64,000 bases of DNA. Origin: Caecitellus pseudoparvulus. Lineage: Eukaryota; Protista; Bigyra: Bicosoecida. Shown in pieces: positions 10,714 through 20,428 of this stretch (its first letter is position 1; the number at the start of each line of letters is the position of its first letter). The stretch spans positions 1-64,000 of the forward strand of contig CBFFRQ010000040.1 in the NCBI GenBank assembly GCA_965644315.1, read 5' to 3'. The position numbers and the translations under genes are program-made. The notes under the pieces were generated by a model. It did not search any database. It was not told the origin of the DNA and was given only the letters and a program-made list of their open reading frames with translations.

Positions 10714-12737
10714 ATGAAAGGTGGCTTCCGTGCATTGGATGGCAGCCCCCCTGGGTGGCCCACCGCTCCCGAATATGGACAGGCCATGGTCATGGTGTTT
10801 GCTGGCTTGCAGAGCTTTGCTGGAACGGGTGCGCTGACAGCGCGGCGCGCTTGCTCGTGGGACACGTCGCACCTGGCACGGCCCCTGCACAGGCATCAAT
10901 GCTATCATGTACAATTACTTCAGAGAGGTGCTGAGGCGCCTGTGCCCAGGGTGTGGGCTTGACATCGAAGGCACTCACACCCTCCCCATCCCACGTGCAG
11001 GTAATGTCTCAAGACGACAGCCATGCGACATTCTACGCGACGGTAGTAAATGCCGCCATCACCGTCTGTGGTGTGGGAGGGGGCGTGCTGGCCGATGCCG
11101 TGTGGGGCAAGCTCAAGGTGCAGGTGGTCACGAGCTGGGTGTGGATGGCTGGGGTGGTCGCACTCCTAGCCTCTGTGCTGCTGGGCCGGCACACGTACGG
11201 CGGCGGGGGAGACGCAGACTCAGAAACAGGCCCCCCTCCTAGGTTTGGCACCGCTGCTTTGGCGGCTGCGGGGCTGGCCCTGCTCAGTGTGGGGTACGGC
11301 GCGCAGCAACCGTCGCAAACCGGATTTGTCGGGGACCAAACCCCCCACGACACTGCCGGCGAGGACTCGGATGCCGCCCCCAGCGCCCAGTCAAGTGATG
11401 AAGCAAAGTCTGAGACTGCTCTGCTGCTCCCAGCCCCCCAGGCAGCTGGCGACGGGGGGAGTCGAACTGCGGTGTTCTACGCGTGGTTCTACTTTTGGGA
11501 GAACGCGGGGGCAGTGCTCGGTGAAACGGTCTGCCCCATCCTCAGACAGCACGTCTCTTTCACATCCTTGTTTGCCGCCTGCCTGGCATGTCAAATGGTG
11601 TCTCTGGCAGCGCTGACATCCGGATACTGGGCCATGGCCAACATCCCACCTGAACGTTCAGTGCAGCTGACTGACAAAGAACCAGACGACGCCACAGCAG
11701 CACGGCCCCCCATCAAGGTGCCTAGCAGTGCCTGGCATTGGTGTTGTTCGCCCCACTGCTTTGGGTGCCCGGCTGCGTGCGCGCTGCTGTGTGGGGGAAC
11801 TCGGCGCGCAGTTGGTGGCCTGCACCCCCCAAACGGCCACATGCGACGCGCAGCTTTGCCCCATGGCTGTGACTTCACCCAAACCAGCTCGCCCACAGCC
11901 TTTTTCTCGCCTGCCTCCCATGGCGGGCTTGAATTGGTGCCTGTGCGCCCTGATGCGCCCATCCCCACGTGCTTGCCCGTGTCACACCTGTGCTGCAGCG
12001 ACGCCAGCCACAAGGTGGAGTATGGAGCCAAGGACTGGGCATCCTTGTGGCGTGTCGGGGTCCTGTTCGTGCCCTTGACGCTGTTCTGGTCCCTGTACTA
12101 CCAGCAGAATAACACGTGGGTGACGCAGGCCTCTGCCATGGACTTGAGCCTCGTCGCCGACACGCCCGACCTGCTGGGCTCTGTGAACGACGTCATGGTC
12201 TGCGCCATGGTGCCCCTCTTCACGACCTTCCTGTACCCCGCAGTGACCCGCTGTGGCATCGCATGCACGCCGTTGCGGCGCATGGGTGTGGGCATTCTCG
12301 CCGCAGCCCTCGCGTTTGTCGCCGCTGGCCTGGTGCAAGTGCAGGTGCAGGCGCACCCTCACGGCGCGCTCAGCGTTGCCTGGCAGCTGCCGCAGTACTT
12401 GCTCATATCCGTGTCAGAGACCACCATCGCCGTGACGGGGCTTGAGTTTGCGTACACGCAAGTGACCCACAATGTGCGGGGTGCCGTGCAGGCGCTGTGG
12501 GTGTTGGCGCAACTTGGGCAACTGCTCACCGGCATTGTGGCACTCATTGACGTGGGGACGCTGGCAGACAAGTTTTTCTTCTTTGCTGGGCTCATGTTTG
12601 TGTTTGGAATCGTCTTCCTTGTGCTCGCGATGAGGTACAAGTATGCCACACCGGCGGATGTCGGCGTTGCCGAGCCCGAGGGCCAACTGCTCCATCAGCC
12701 AGCCCAGGGCACGCAGCAAGCCCCGGCCAAGCCATAA
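10714..12737 (+). CDS. POT/PTR (SLC15-like) oligopeptide transporter, MFS; 5' introns
   Basis: GGVLADAVWGK, FVGDQ, FYAWFYFWENAG, LFWSLYYQQNNTWVTQA, LSVAWQLPQY, GLEFAYTQ. Confidence 0.9.
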
Positions 12738-13268
12738 TGCGGATGCACGTACTGGGTTCCGTTGTATGTCTGTTGTATGTCCGCTGAACATGTGACAAGT
12801 GGTGCTTGTGCGGGTGGCGGGTGGGGAACGTGGCGCAGAAGGCCAGGCTATAGGGGGCGTCGCCTGGGCGTTTTGGACACTCCCTCCGCGGCAACCTGCC
12901 TTTGAATTGAATAGCAACGGGGGATCGAGTAGCAGAATAAGAGGGCTTGCTGTCCAGCAGAGGTTCCTGAGCAGCGGCGTGCGCGCTGACGACTTGGATA
13001 CGCGGTGTGCATGCACCCACGGCGACTCGGCCGTGCAAGCGCCACCTGCAATCCAACCGTTGCCGATGGCAGCCCTCCACTGGGAAGGTTTACAGACGCC
13101 ACAACATAAGACACGCCCTGTTGTCACTGCATGTGTGCTTTCGCGCTGCCAGTCCATGCACTGCCCCACCTGTGTGGTTTGCAGCTGACGACTCCAAGGC
13201 CAGAGAAAGCTGCAAGCCAGGCCAGGCCCTGCAAGCCGGAGGGGCAGATTGCCCCTAGAGCGCCTGCC

Positions 13269-14990
13269 ATGGCCACTCCGCCCGATATAAACGTTGAGTC
13301 CATAGCAGGCAACAGCGTCCTGGCTTTCTTCTACCTCGTGTACGGCATCGCTGTGGTGGTCAGCATGGTCCTGCACACACACAGTAAGTGCAGTGCCTTT
13401 GGGCAGCCACAACGCCCTGGGCGACACGCTGCCAACGGACTTGATGGAGCAGCACTCAGCCCCATGCTTGGCACGTTGGGCAAGTTGGCTTGAATCCGAT
13501 GCATGCACTTACGTGTGAGCGTGCCCATTCTCAGCTAGGACACCTATGGTGGTCGCCTTCCAGCGCTTGACCTTGGCGGCCGCCTGCATTCGTGTGGTGT
13601 ACTTCGGCGTGCCAAACTTTGTCCTCAAGAGCCAGGAAGAGCCCAAAGACATCCATGAGGTGAGTGCTGTGCGCCTCCTTGCCCTGTGCTTCTGCGCTGC
13701 TGTGCGTCACGCTCAACTCGGCACTGCGTGCGGCAGCGGTTCTCTGAGGAATGGTGGATTCAGCTCATCTGGCTGGGCCTGTACGCGGCGGGAAACACGA
13801 CCATGGTCAGCGTGTACGGCTTGGTGATTTTCTTCTGGTCCCGGGCGTACTTCAAGGCCACCTCCCGCGTGGCAGACACTGACCGCTTCGCGTGGAGCTG
13901 GTACCGGTACATGACCATTGCCTACTGCGTGGTGGAGGTGGTGGGCCTGGGGCTGTACTTCGTCCTGCCCTACCTCATGGACGTCATGTACTTCGCCATC
14001 CTGCGCGCCCTCATCTCCAGCCTCATCTCCATCTTCTTCGTCGTCTCCTTCACGCGCCTGCAGCGCGCCCTCGGCACTGACTCCGACAACGCACACGCCC
14101 TGCTCTCAGCCTTCGCGACCGGGGAGGCAGCGACGGCTGTGCGGGAGGCAGAGGCCGCCACCCGCCGGAAACTCTTCAGCCTGCGCCTGGTGGCCGCCAT
14201 CTCCCTCGCCGGGCAGCTGCTGCGCATCTCCATCTCCCTGTATGATGCCTACCTGTTCTCAGAAGGCTCCCGCCCCGCCAAGTCGGCGCTGTCACAGGGC
14301 AAGTACTGGATTATCGTGCTGGTGTACTACACGGCGGCTGAGGTGCTGCCCATCGCCGGCATCTTCACCATCCTGCGCCGACCAGCCTCGGGTCGGGGCG
14401 GCGCCGGGGCAGTGCCGGGGGCCACCTGGTCCCCCACCCTCCTCCGCCGCTCCTCTGACGGCGGCGAGTCCCCCCTGGCCTCCATGCACAAGCTGCACAC
14501 GAGCGCCCCCGACCTGCCCAGCGCCCTGGCTGTCTCCCGTGGCGCCCCATGGACCACCGGCTCCCCCAAGCCGGCCGCCGCCCAGCCACAGGCCATCCAC
14601 CCCCCTGCCTCCACACGCCTCGCACCCCAGCGCAGTGCCAGCGGGTACGGCACGTCCGTCGTGAGCAGTCTGACGACACGGGCAGACTCCTTCGGGGAGC
14701 GCGTGTCCCAGCACCGCGACCCCCGCCCGCCAGGCCTGCGCCTGGCGCCCCCCTCCCCCCACCTCCGCGAAACCAGCGCCTCCACTCTCACGGAGGGCAT
14801 TGTGCTGGGGCGGGACAGCCCGTCGGCCGCCGTGCCCAGTGCTGCGGGGCACTACCGGGCACCCAGCACACACCGCAGCCGCGGACGGCGCACCTCCCAA
14901 GGTGGCGGCCCCGGACCGCGCCTGCCAGGCAGGGACTCGGGCAGCATCAACAGCTCTGCCAGTGAGCCGGCAACCTCCAGCCCGGGGTGA
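13269..14990 (+). CDS. Multi-pass (about 7 TM) THH1/TOM1/GPR137-like membrane protein; 2 introns
   Basis: Hydrophobic helices with SVYGLVIFFWSRAY and VYYTAAEVLPIAGIFTILRR, followed by a Ser/Pro-rich tail. Confidence 0.7.
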
Positions 14991-15034
14991 CCGGCGTGCA
15001 CACCCCCCCTGCTCCGCAGCACTGGCAGGGCTGT

Positions 15035-16557
15035 CTAGCGCCGTGCCTTTGGCTGTGGCTTAGCTTGGGATGGGGGGGGCAGAGCAGGCGGGGCGCTCTG
15101 CAGACGCGCCTGCATGGCCCGCACACGCCCCGCACTCTCCCCCACCCGAGCCAGCAGCTGTGCCTCCCTGCGCTGCGCTTCCTCGCGCACTGCCGCCAAC
15201 TGCGCCTCCAGAGCGCGACGCTCAGCCGCCCACTCAGCAGCAGCACTGGACGCCTCTGCTGCCCCCTGCAGTGACTGGCTTGTCCCAGGTTGCTCCGCTG
15301 CCTGCGCTGTCCGCAGCTGATGCTGTGCTTGCAGCGCCTGCACCTGAGGCAGCAGCCGCGCCAGGGCGGCTTCTGCCGCAGCAGCCTTGCTCTCGGCCGC
15401 CTCAGCCCTGTCGTTGGCAGCGTGCAGGGCTGCCATCGTGGACGCCTGCACGCTTTGCAGATTCTCGGCTTTGCCAGCCACGTCAGTGCGCTGCGCCACG
15501 GCTGCCGCAGCTGCTCGCCTGGCGTCCGAGGCGCCCTGACGCAGTGCGTCACACTCCTGCCGCAGCCGCTCCATCTCCGCCTTGTGGTCCATAATGTAGT
15601 CCAAAGCAGCATCGCGCTCCTTCTCGGCTTGCGCCGCCCGTGCCTCCGCTGCCTGCTGCGCTCCCGCCGCCCCTGCCGCCTTGCTCGTGGCCGCCGAGGC
15701 AGCCTCCTGGGCCCGGTGCGAAGCAGCACGTGCCCCCGCAACCTGTCCCCGCAGCGCCTCTGCCTCCTGCTGCAGGGCCTGCACTTGCCCCTGGCTCGCC
15801 GCCAGCTGCTGCCGCGCCCCCTCGCACCGACTGCGCCAGCTGGCCACCTCGTACAGCAGACCAGACCGCAGGACGTGCTGGGCAGCCTCCACGTGGCTGG
15901 CGCCGGCCGGCGGTGCGTAGTCCTCAGGAAGGCCCAGGTCCTCCGCCCGCAGCTCCAGGGCAGTGACCAGCACGCTCAGCTCCCGGCGCTGCCGCTGGAT
16001 CTCCTCCTCCTGCAACTCCGCCGTGCGCCGCAGCTCCGCCGACGCCTGGTTGGAAGCTGATACCTCCTCTCGCAACTGCTGAATGCGTCGCTCCAGGGGC
16101 AGCTCGTCTGTGCAGAGGGCTAGTCGTGCCTTAGCCTCTGCGGCAGCCGCCTCTGCCTTGCGCAGCTCTGCAGTCACGCGGCGGTGGGCACTCTCTGCCG
16201 AAACCAGCTGCGCAAAACGTCCAGGTGCTACGTGGCGGGGGCGCGATGCAGACGTGGCATGTCAAAGGGTGCTCACTTTGGACTGCAGTCGCTTCATCTC
16301 CCTCTCATGGGCGGCTTGGTGCCTGTGCTCCTCCGCGTTCTTGGCAACCAGCGCGTCGTGCTGTGTGCAAGCGTTTCGAGCGTAACGCCAGACCCTGCTC
16401 ACACCACAACGCCTGCCTCACACACCTTGGCCTGCAGCTTCGTGTGTAAGTTCCTCAAACGAGCCAAGCTACGATCTGCAGCTGCTGCTTGCCTTTGAGC
16501 CTTCCGCAGCTCCTCCGTGTAGTGTGGAGGTGGCATTGCGCCAACATGCTCAGCCAT
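15035..16557 (-). CDS. Coiled-coil protein of unknown function; introns in the 5' part
   Basis: Ala/Glu/Gln/Arg heptad-rich ORF 15035..16177 plus upstream exons starting MAEHVGAMPPPHYTEELRK. Confidence 0.7.
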
Positions 16558-16678
16558 GCTGGCTATGTCCTGGCAACCCCTGAAAAAGGAGCTACCACCG
16601 ATCGGTTCAAGATGGCGCGGGGGGTAGGATCTGATGAGCAGAAGCTGGTTTTTGGATTGTACTCCCTCCGCACAACAA

Positions 16679-18265
16679 TCAATGCTGCCACACTGTGCCA
16701 CCTCGGCCCCCCATCGCCACGACAGGCGCTCCACCAGCCTTGCCGCGGAGACCTCGCCCTCGCCCAACCCGCAACAGCACCATGGCGCGCCGACCTTGTT
16801 CATAGTCGGAGCCAGTCCAGGCAGCATCCTTGACTGCCTGCACAGCTGCGTGGCCATCAGGCAGGAGCTGCGATGGGATGGCTCGGTGTCCAGTAAGCGC
16901 CAGCAGCTCAAGCACCACACCAGCATGCTCATAACGACAGGCAGCTCGAAAAGCAGCCTCAGGCTGGCCCTCAGGCCCAGCATGCACATCAACCTCCCGA
17001 TGGCCAGTCAAGCCCAGAAGCTCGCGCACCACATGCACATGCCCTTCCCTACACGCCCACAGGAACGCAGATTCTGGACCAAACATATCTCCAGCATGCA
17101 CATTCACCTCACGATGTCCAGTCAGAGCCAGCAACTCGCGCACCACAGCTAAATGCCCATTCACACAGGCACCCTGAAGGCCGGCCTCACGAAGTCCATG
17201 TTCCGCCGCATGCACGTCCACCTCGCGATGGCCCTCCAAGCTCAAAAGCTCACGAACTACACCCACGTGCCCATTGCGACAGGCAGCTCGGAAGCCGCCC
17301 TCTGGGCTGCCCTTGAACTCTGCATGCACATTCACCTCACGATGACCCTGCAAGCTTAAAAGCTCACGCACCACCTCAAGATGCCCAAAGTAACAAGCAG
17401 CTCGGAAGCCATACTCAGGCTCACCCTCTGGCCCAGCATGCACATTCACCTCGCGATGACCCTTCAAGCTCAGCAGCTCCCGCACCACCTCCACGTGCCC
17501 ATTCTCACAGGCAACGACGAAGCCATAGTCCGGCCTACCGACAGGCCCTGCATGCACATTCACCTCGCGATATCCAGTGAGAGCCAGCAGCTCCCGCACC
17601 ACCTCAAGATGCCCAAAGTAACAAGCAGCTCGGAAGCCATACTCAGGCTCACCCTCTGGCCCAGCATGCACATTCACCTCGCGATGACCCTTCAAGCTCA
17701 GCAGCTCCCGCACCACGTCTACGTGCCCATTCTCACAGGCAACGACGAAGCCATAGTCCGGCCTACCGACAGGCCCTGCATGCACATTCACCTCGCGATA
17801 TCCAGTGAGAGCCAGCAGCTCCCGCACCACCTCAAGATGCCCAAAGTGACAAGCAGCTCGGAAGCCATACTCAGGCTCACCCTCTGGCCCAGCATGCACA
17901 TTCACCTCGCGATGACCCTTCAAGCTCAGCAGCTCCCGCACCACGTCTACGTGCCCATTCTCACAGGCAACGACGAAGCCATAGTCCGGCCTACCGACAG
18001 GCCCTGCATGCACATTCACCTCGCGATATCCAGTGAGAGCCAGCAGCTCCCGCACCACCTCAAGATGCCCAAAGTGACAAGCAGCTCGAAAGCCATACTC
18101 TGGATCTCCATCAAATCCACCGTGCACGTCCACCGCAGCCCCACCCTCCAAACCCAACAGCTCTCGCAGCAACCCAACATGCCCCGCCTCACACGCAACA
18201 TAGAAGCCAGCCGTTGTATCCCCACATGACAGAGCCCCCAACACCCCGCCCACATCCCCGCACAT
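16679..18265 (-). CDS. Ankyrin-like repeat protein 1 (12 repeats of 38 aa; lacks the N-terminal segment of its paralog)
   Basis: Repeats such as YGFRAACHFGHLEVVRELLALTGYREVNVHAGPVGRPD. No intron. First ATG before the homologous region is at 18265. Confidence 0.85.
   Translation of the reverse strand: MCGDVGGVLGALSCGDTTAGFYVACEAGHVGLLRELLGLEGGAAVDVHGGFDGDPEYGFRAACHFGHLEVVRELLALTGYREVNVHAGPVGRPDYGFVVACENGHVDVVRELLSLKGHREVNVHAGPEGEPEYGFRAACHFGHLEVVRELLALTGYREVNVHAGPVGRPDYGFVVACENGHVDVVRELLSLKGHREVNVHAGPEGEPEYGFRAACYFGHLEVVRELLALTGYREVNVHAGPVGRPDYGFVVACENGHVEVVRELLSLKGHREVNVHAGPEGEPEYGFRAACYFGHLEVVRELLSLQGHREVNVHAEFKGSPEGGFRAACRNGHVGVVRELLSLEGHREVDVHAAEHGLREAGLQGACVNGHLAVVRELLALTGHREVNVHAGDMFGPESAFLWACREGHVHVVRELLGLTGHREVDVHAGPEGQPEAAFRAACRYEHAGVVLELLALTGHRAIPSQLLPDGHAAVQAVKDAAWTGSDYEQGRRAMVLLRVGRGRGLRGKAGGAPVVAMGGRGGTVWQH
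17368..18087. repeat. Near-perfect tandem array of a 228-bp unit (two ankyrin repeats) x3 plus a partial unit
   Basis: ATGCCCAAAG recurs at 17381, 17609, 17837 and 18065 (period 228). Units differ at only a few bases. Confidence 0.95.
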
Positions 18266-20004
18266 CAGCACCAACGATGATGCACGCAGTGCAAGGCCAC
18301 TGCCTGCACAGACATCGCGGCGAGGCTGGCCACCATGACAGGGCGCCGGGCACCTTGCCATGTCCAGGCGCGGAGCTACGGCCTGGCATCTCGGCCCAGC
18401 TGCTTCACCCCATAACCATGGACTGCATCGACCTCGTCGCGAATGCACAATGGCGCCCCTTACCTGCCAGAACTGCCCAGGCCTACTGCTGCGGCCGGCA
18501 GTAGTTTCCAACCATGCCAACGAACCGCGCCCAGCGCACACAACCGAATGCCGCCAAGCACACAGACAGCCCCACCCCCCACTCCAGCGTGCTGCACTCG
18601 CACTGACTCCGCACTCCACCACTACACCTGCCAGCCGTCTGTCCACCGTGCATGGAACAGAAGGATAGCATAAATGCACAACAACAAAACAGCCGGCCAC
18701 ACAAAGGACGCCGACACAGGCAGTGTCGCGGGGCAGAAAGCAGGCACGCAGGCTGCCCGCTCAGCTGCCCCACAGTCAGTGACACCTACCTCCGTCCCCT
18801 CCTTCCCCCCCCGCGCCACGACAGGCGCCCCACCACCCCTGCCGCGGAGACCTTGCCCTCGCCCAGCCCGCAGCAGCACCATGGCGCGCCGGCCCCGCCG
18901 AGAGTCCGTGCCAGTCCACACAGCATCCTTGGCAGCCTGCACAACTGCGTGGCCATCAGGCCGAAACTGCGATGGGATGGCTCGGTGTCCAGTGAGAGCC
19001 AGCAGCTCAAGCACCACGTCCACGTGCCCATTCTGGCATGCCCATCGGAAGCCATACTCAGGCTGACCCTCTGGCCCAGCATGCACATCTACCTCACGAG
19101 ATCCGGTCAGCGCCAGTAGCTCTCGCACCACATGGATGTGCCCATTCTGACAGGCAAGACCAAACCCAGCCTCAGGTTCACCCTCTGGCCCAGCATGCAC
19201 GTCCACCGCACGGTCACCTTTCAACGCCAGCAGCTCGCGTACCACGTCAAGATGCCCGTTCTGACACGCTGCTCGGAAGCCAGCCTCAGGAGCGCCCTCA
19301 GGCCCCGCATGCACATCCACTTCTCGGTGTCCAGTCAAGCTCAAAAGCTCACGCACAATATCAAGATGTCCATTCTGACATGCAACAACGAAGCCACACT
19401 CAGGCTGGCCCTCTGGCCCAGCATGCACGTTAACTTCACGATGCCCAGTGAGGGCCAGCAACTCACGCAAAACAGCCACGTGCCCAAAGCAACAAGCAGC
19501 CCGAAAGCCGGACTCAGGATTCCCTTCAGGTCCGGCATGCACATTCACCTCACGATGGCCCTTCAAGCTCAAAAGCTCGCGCACCACGTCTACGTGTCCG
19601 TTTGCGCAGGCCAGGCCAAAGGCAATCTCAGGCTGACTCTCAGGCCCGGCATGCACATCCACCTCCCTATGCCCACTCAGTGCCAAAAGCTCACGTGCCA
19701 CGTCCAGGTGTCCGTTCTCGCAAGCAGCTCGGAAACCGTACTCAGGCTCACCGGCAGGCCCAGCGTGTATGTCCACTGCACGGTCGCCGTTCAATGCCAG
19801 CAGCTCCCGCACCACCTCAAGATGCCCAAAGTGACAAGCAGCTCGAAAGCCATACTCTGGATCTCCATCAAATCCACCGTGCACGTCCACCGCAGCCCCA
19901 CCCTCCAAACCCAACAGCTCTCGCAGCAACCCAACATGCCCCGCCTCACACGCAACATAGAAGCCAGCCGTTGTATCCCCACATGACAGAGCCCCCAACA
20001 CCCC
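18039..20004. repeat. 209-bp exact direct repeat: 18039-18247 = 19796-20004
   Basis: Compared by eye, identical. Encodes the first repeat and a half of both ankyrin genes. Confidence 0.92.
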
Positions 20005-20118
20005 ACCCACATCGCCCTCACACCCCCGCAGCATGCTCAGCAGCGCCTCCGGCTCACCAGCCTCACATGCAATCAGCCACCGTAGCATCACTGACTGTCT
20101 CTCGCTGAGACCAGACAT
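18622..20118 (-). CDS. Ankyrin-like repeat protein 2 (N-cap + 9 repeats of 38 aa)
   Basis: Likely start MSGLSERQSV at 20118. Repeats F-x-x-AC-x-x-GH-x-x-VVRELL. C-terminal cap HRAIPSQ...GRRAMVLLR shared with paralog 1. Intronless. Confidence 0.88.
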   Translation of the reverse strand: MSGLSERQSVMLRWLIACEAGEPEALLSMLRGCEGDVGGVLGALSCGDTTAGFYVACEAGHVGLLRELLGLEGGAAVDVHGGFDGDPEYGFRAACHFGHLEVVRELLALNGDRAVDIHAGPAGEPEYGFRAACENGHLDVARELLALSGHREVDVHAGPESQPEIAFGLACANGHVDVVRELLSLKGHREVNVHAGPEGNPESGFRAACCFGHVAVLRELLALTGHREVNVHAGPEGQPECGFVVACQNGHLDIVRELLSLTGHREVDVHAGPEGAPEAGFRAACQNGHLDVVRELLALKGDRAVDVHAGPEGEPEAGFGLACQNGHIHVVRELLALTGSREVDVHAGPEGQPEYGFRWACQNGHVDVVLELLALTGHRAIPSQFRPDGHAVVQAAKDAVWTGTDSRRGRRAMVLLRAGRGQGLRGRGGGAPVVARGGKEGTEVGVTDCGAAERAACVPAFCPATLPVSASFVWPAVLLLCIYAILLFHARWTDGWQV

Positions 20119-20428
20119 GGCGTGGTGGGTCCAGATTCCGCACCTCTCCACAAACAAACCCCCCGCACAGCGCCACAGACGACGAAGCACAGCACCGCGC
20201 AGGACAAGGCACTTCATTATCATGCACCATTCAGGTCGTAGAAGAAACTTTGTTTTTGGAACGATGCTTGACAATGCCGTGCCTCGCAGCACTGGATTGC
20301 TGCCCGTCTGCTGCACCTACCCACCACAATGCCGTATGAAAAGGCCTCGTGCATCCCGTCGAGGTGCGCCCGACTCTGCATGGGTGTGGAAGCTGCCTAT
20401 CCATTCCCCTCCCCGTGCGCTGTCACCG

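Noticed and set aside
16660-16670. TACTCCCTCCG resembling a Stowaway/mariner terminal repeat beside the ankyrin cassette
   Set aside because: I found no matching inverted copy on the far side of the cassette and no transposase.
17368-18087. Possible CRISPR-like array
   Set aside because: The units are contiguous in-frame coding repeats with no unique spacers, the context is eukaryotic, and there are no cas genes.
18266-18700. N-terminal 145 codons of the 673-aa ankyrin ORF
   Set aside because: Not homologous to the paralog, composition looks non-coding, and it overlaps the end of the paralog ORF.
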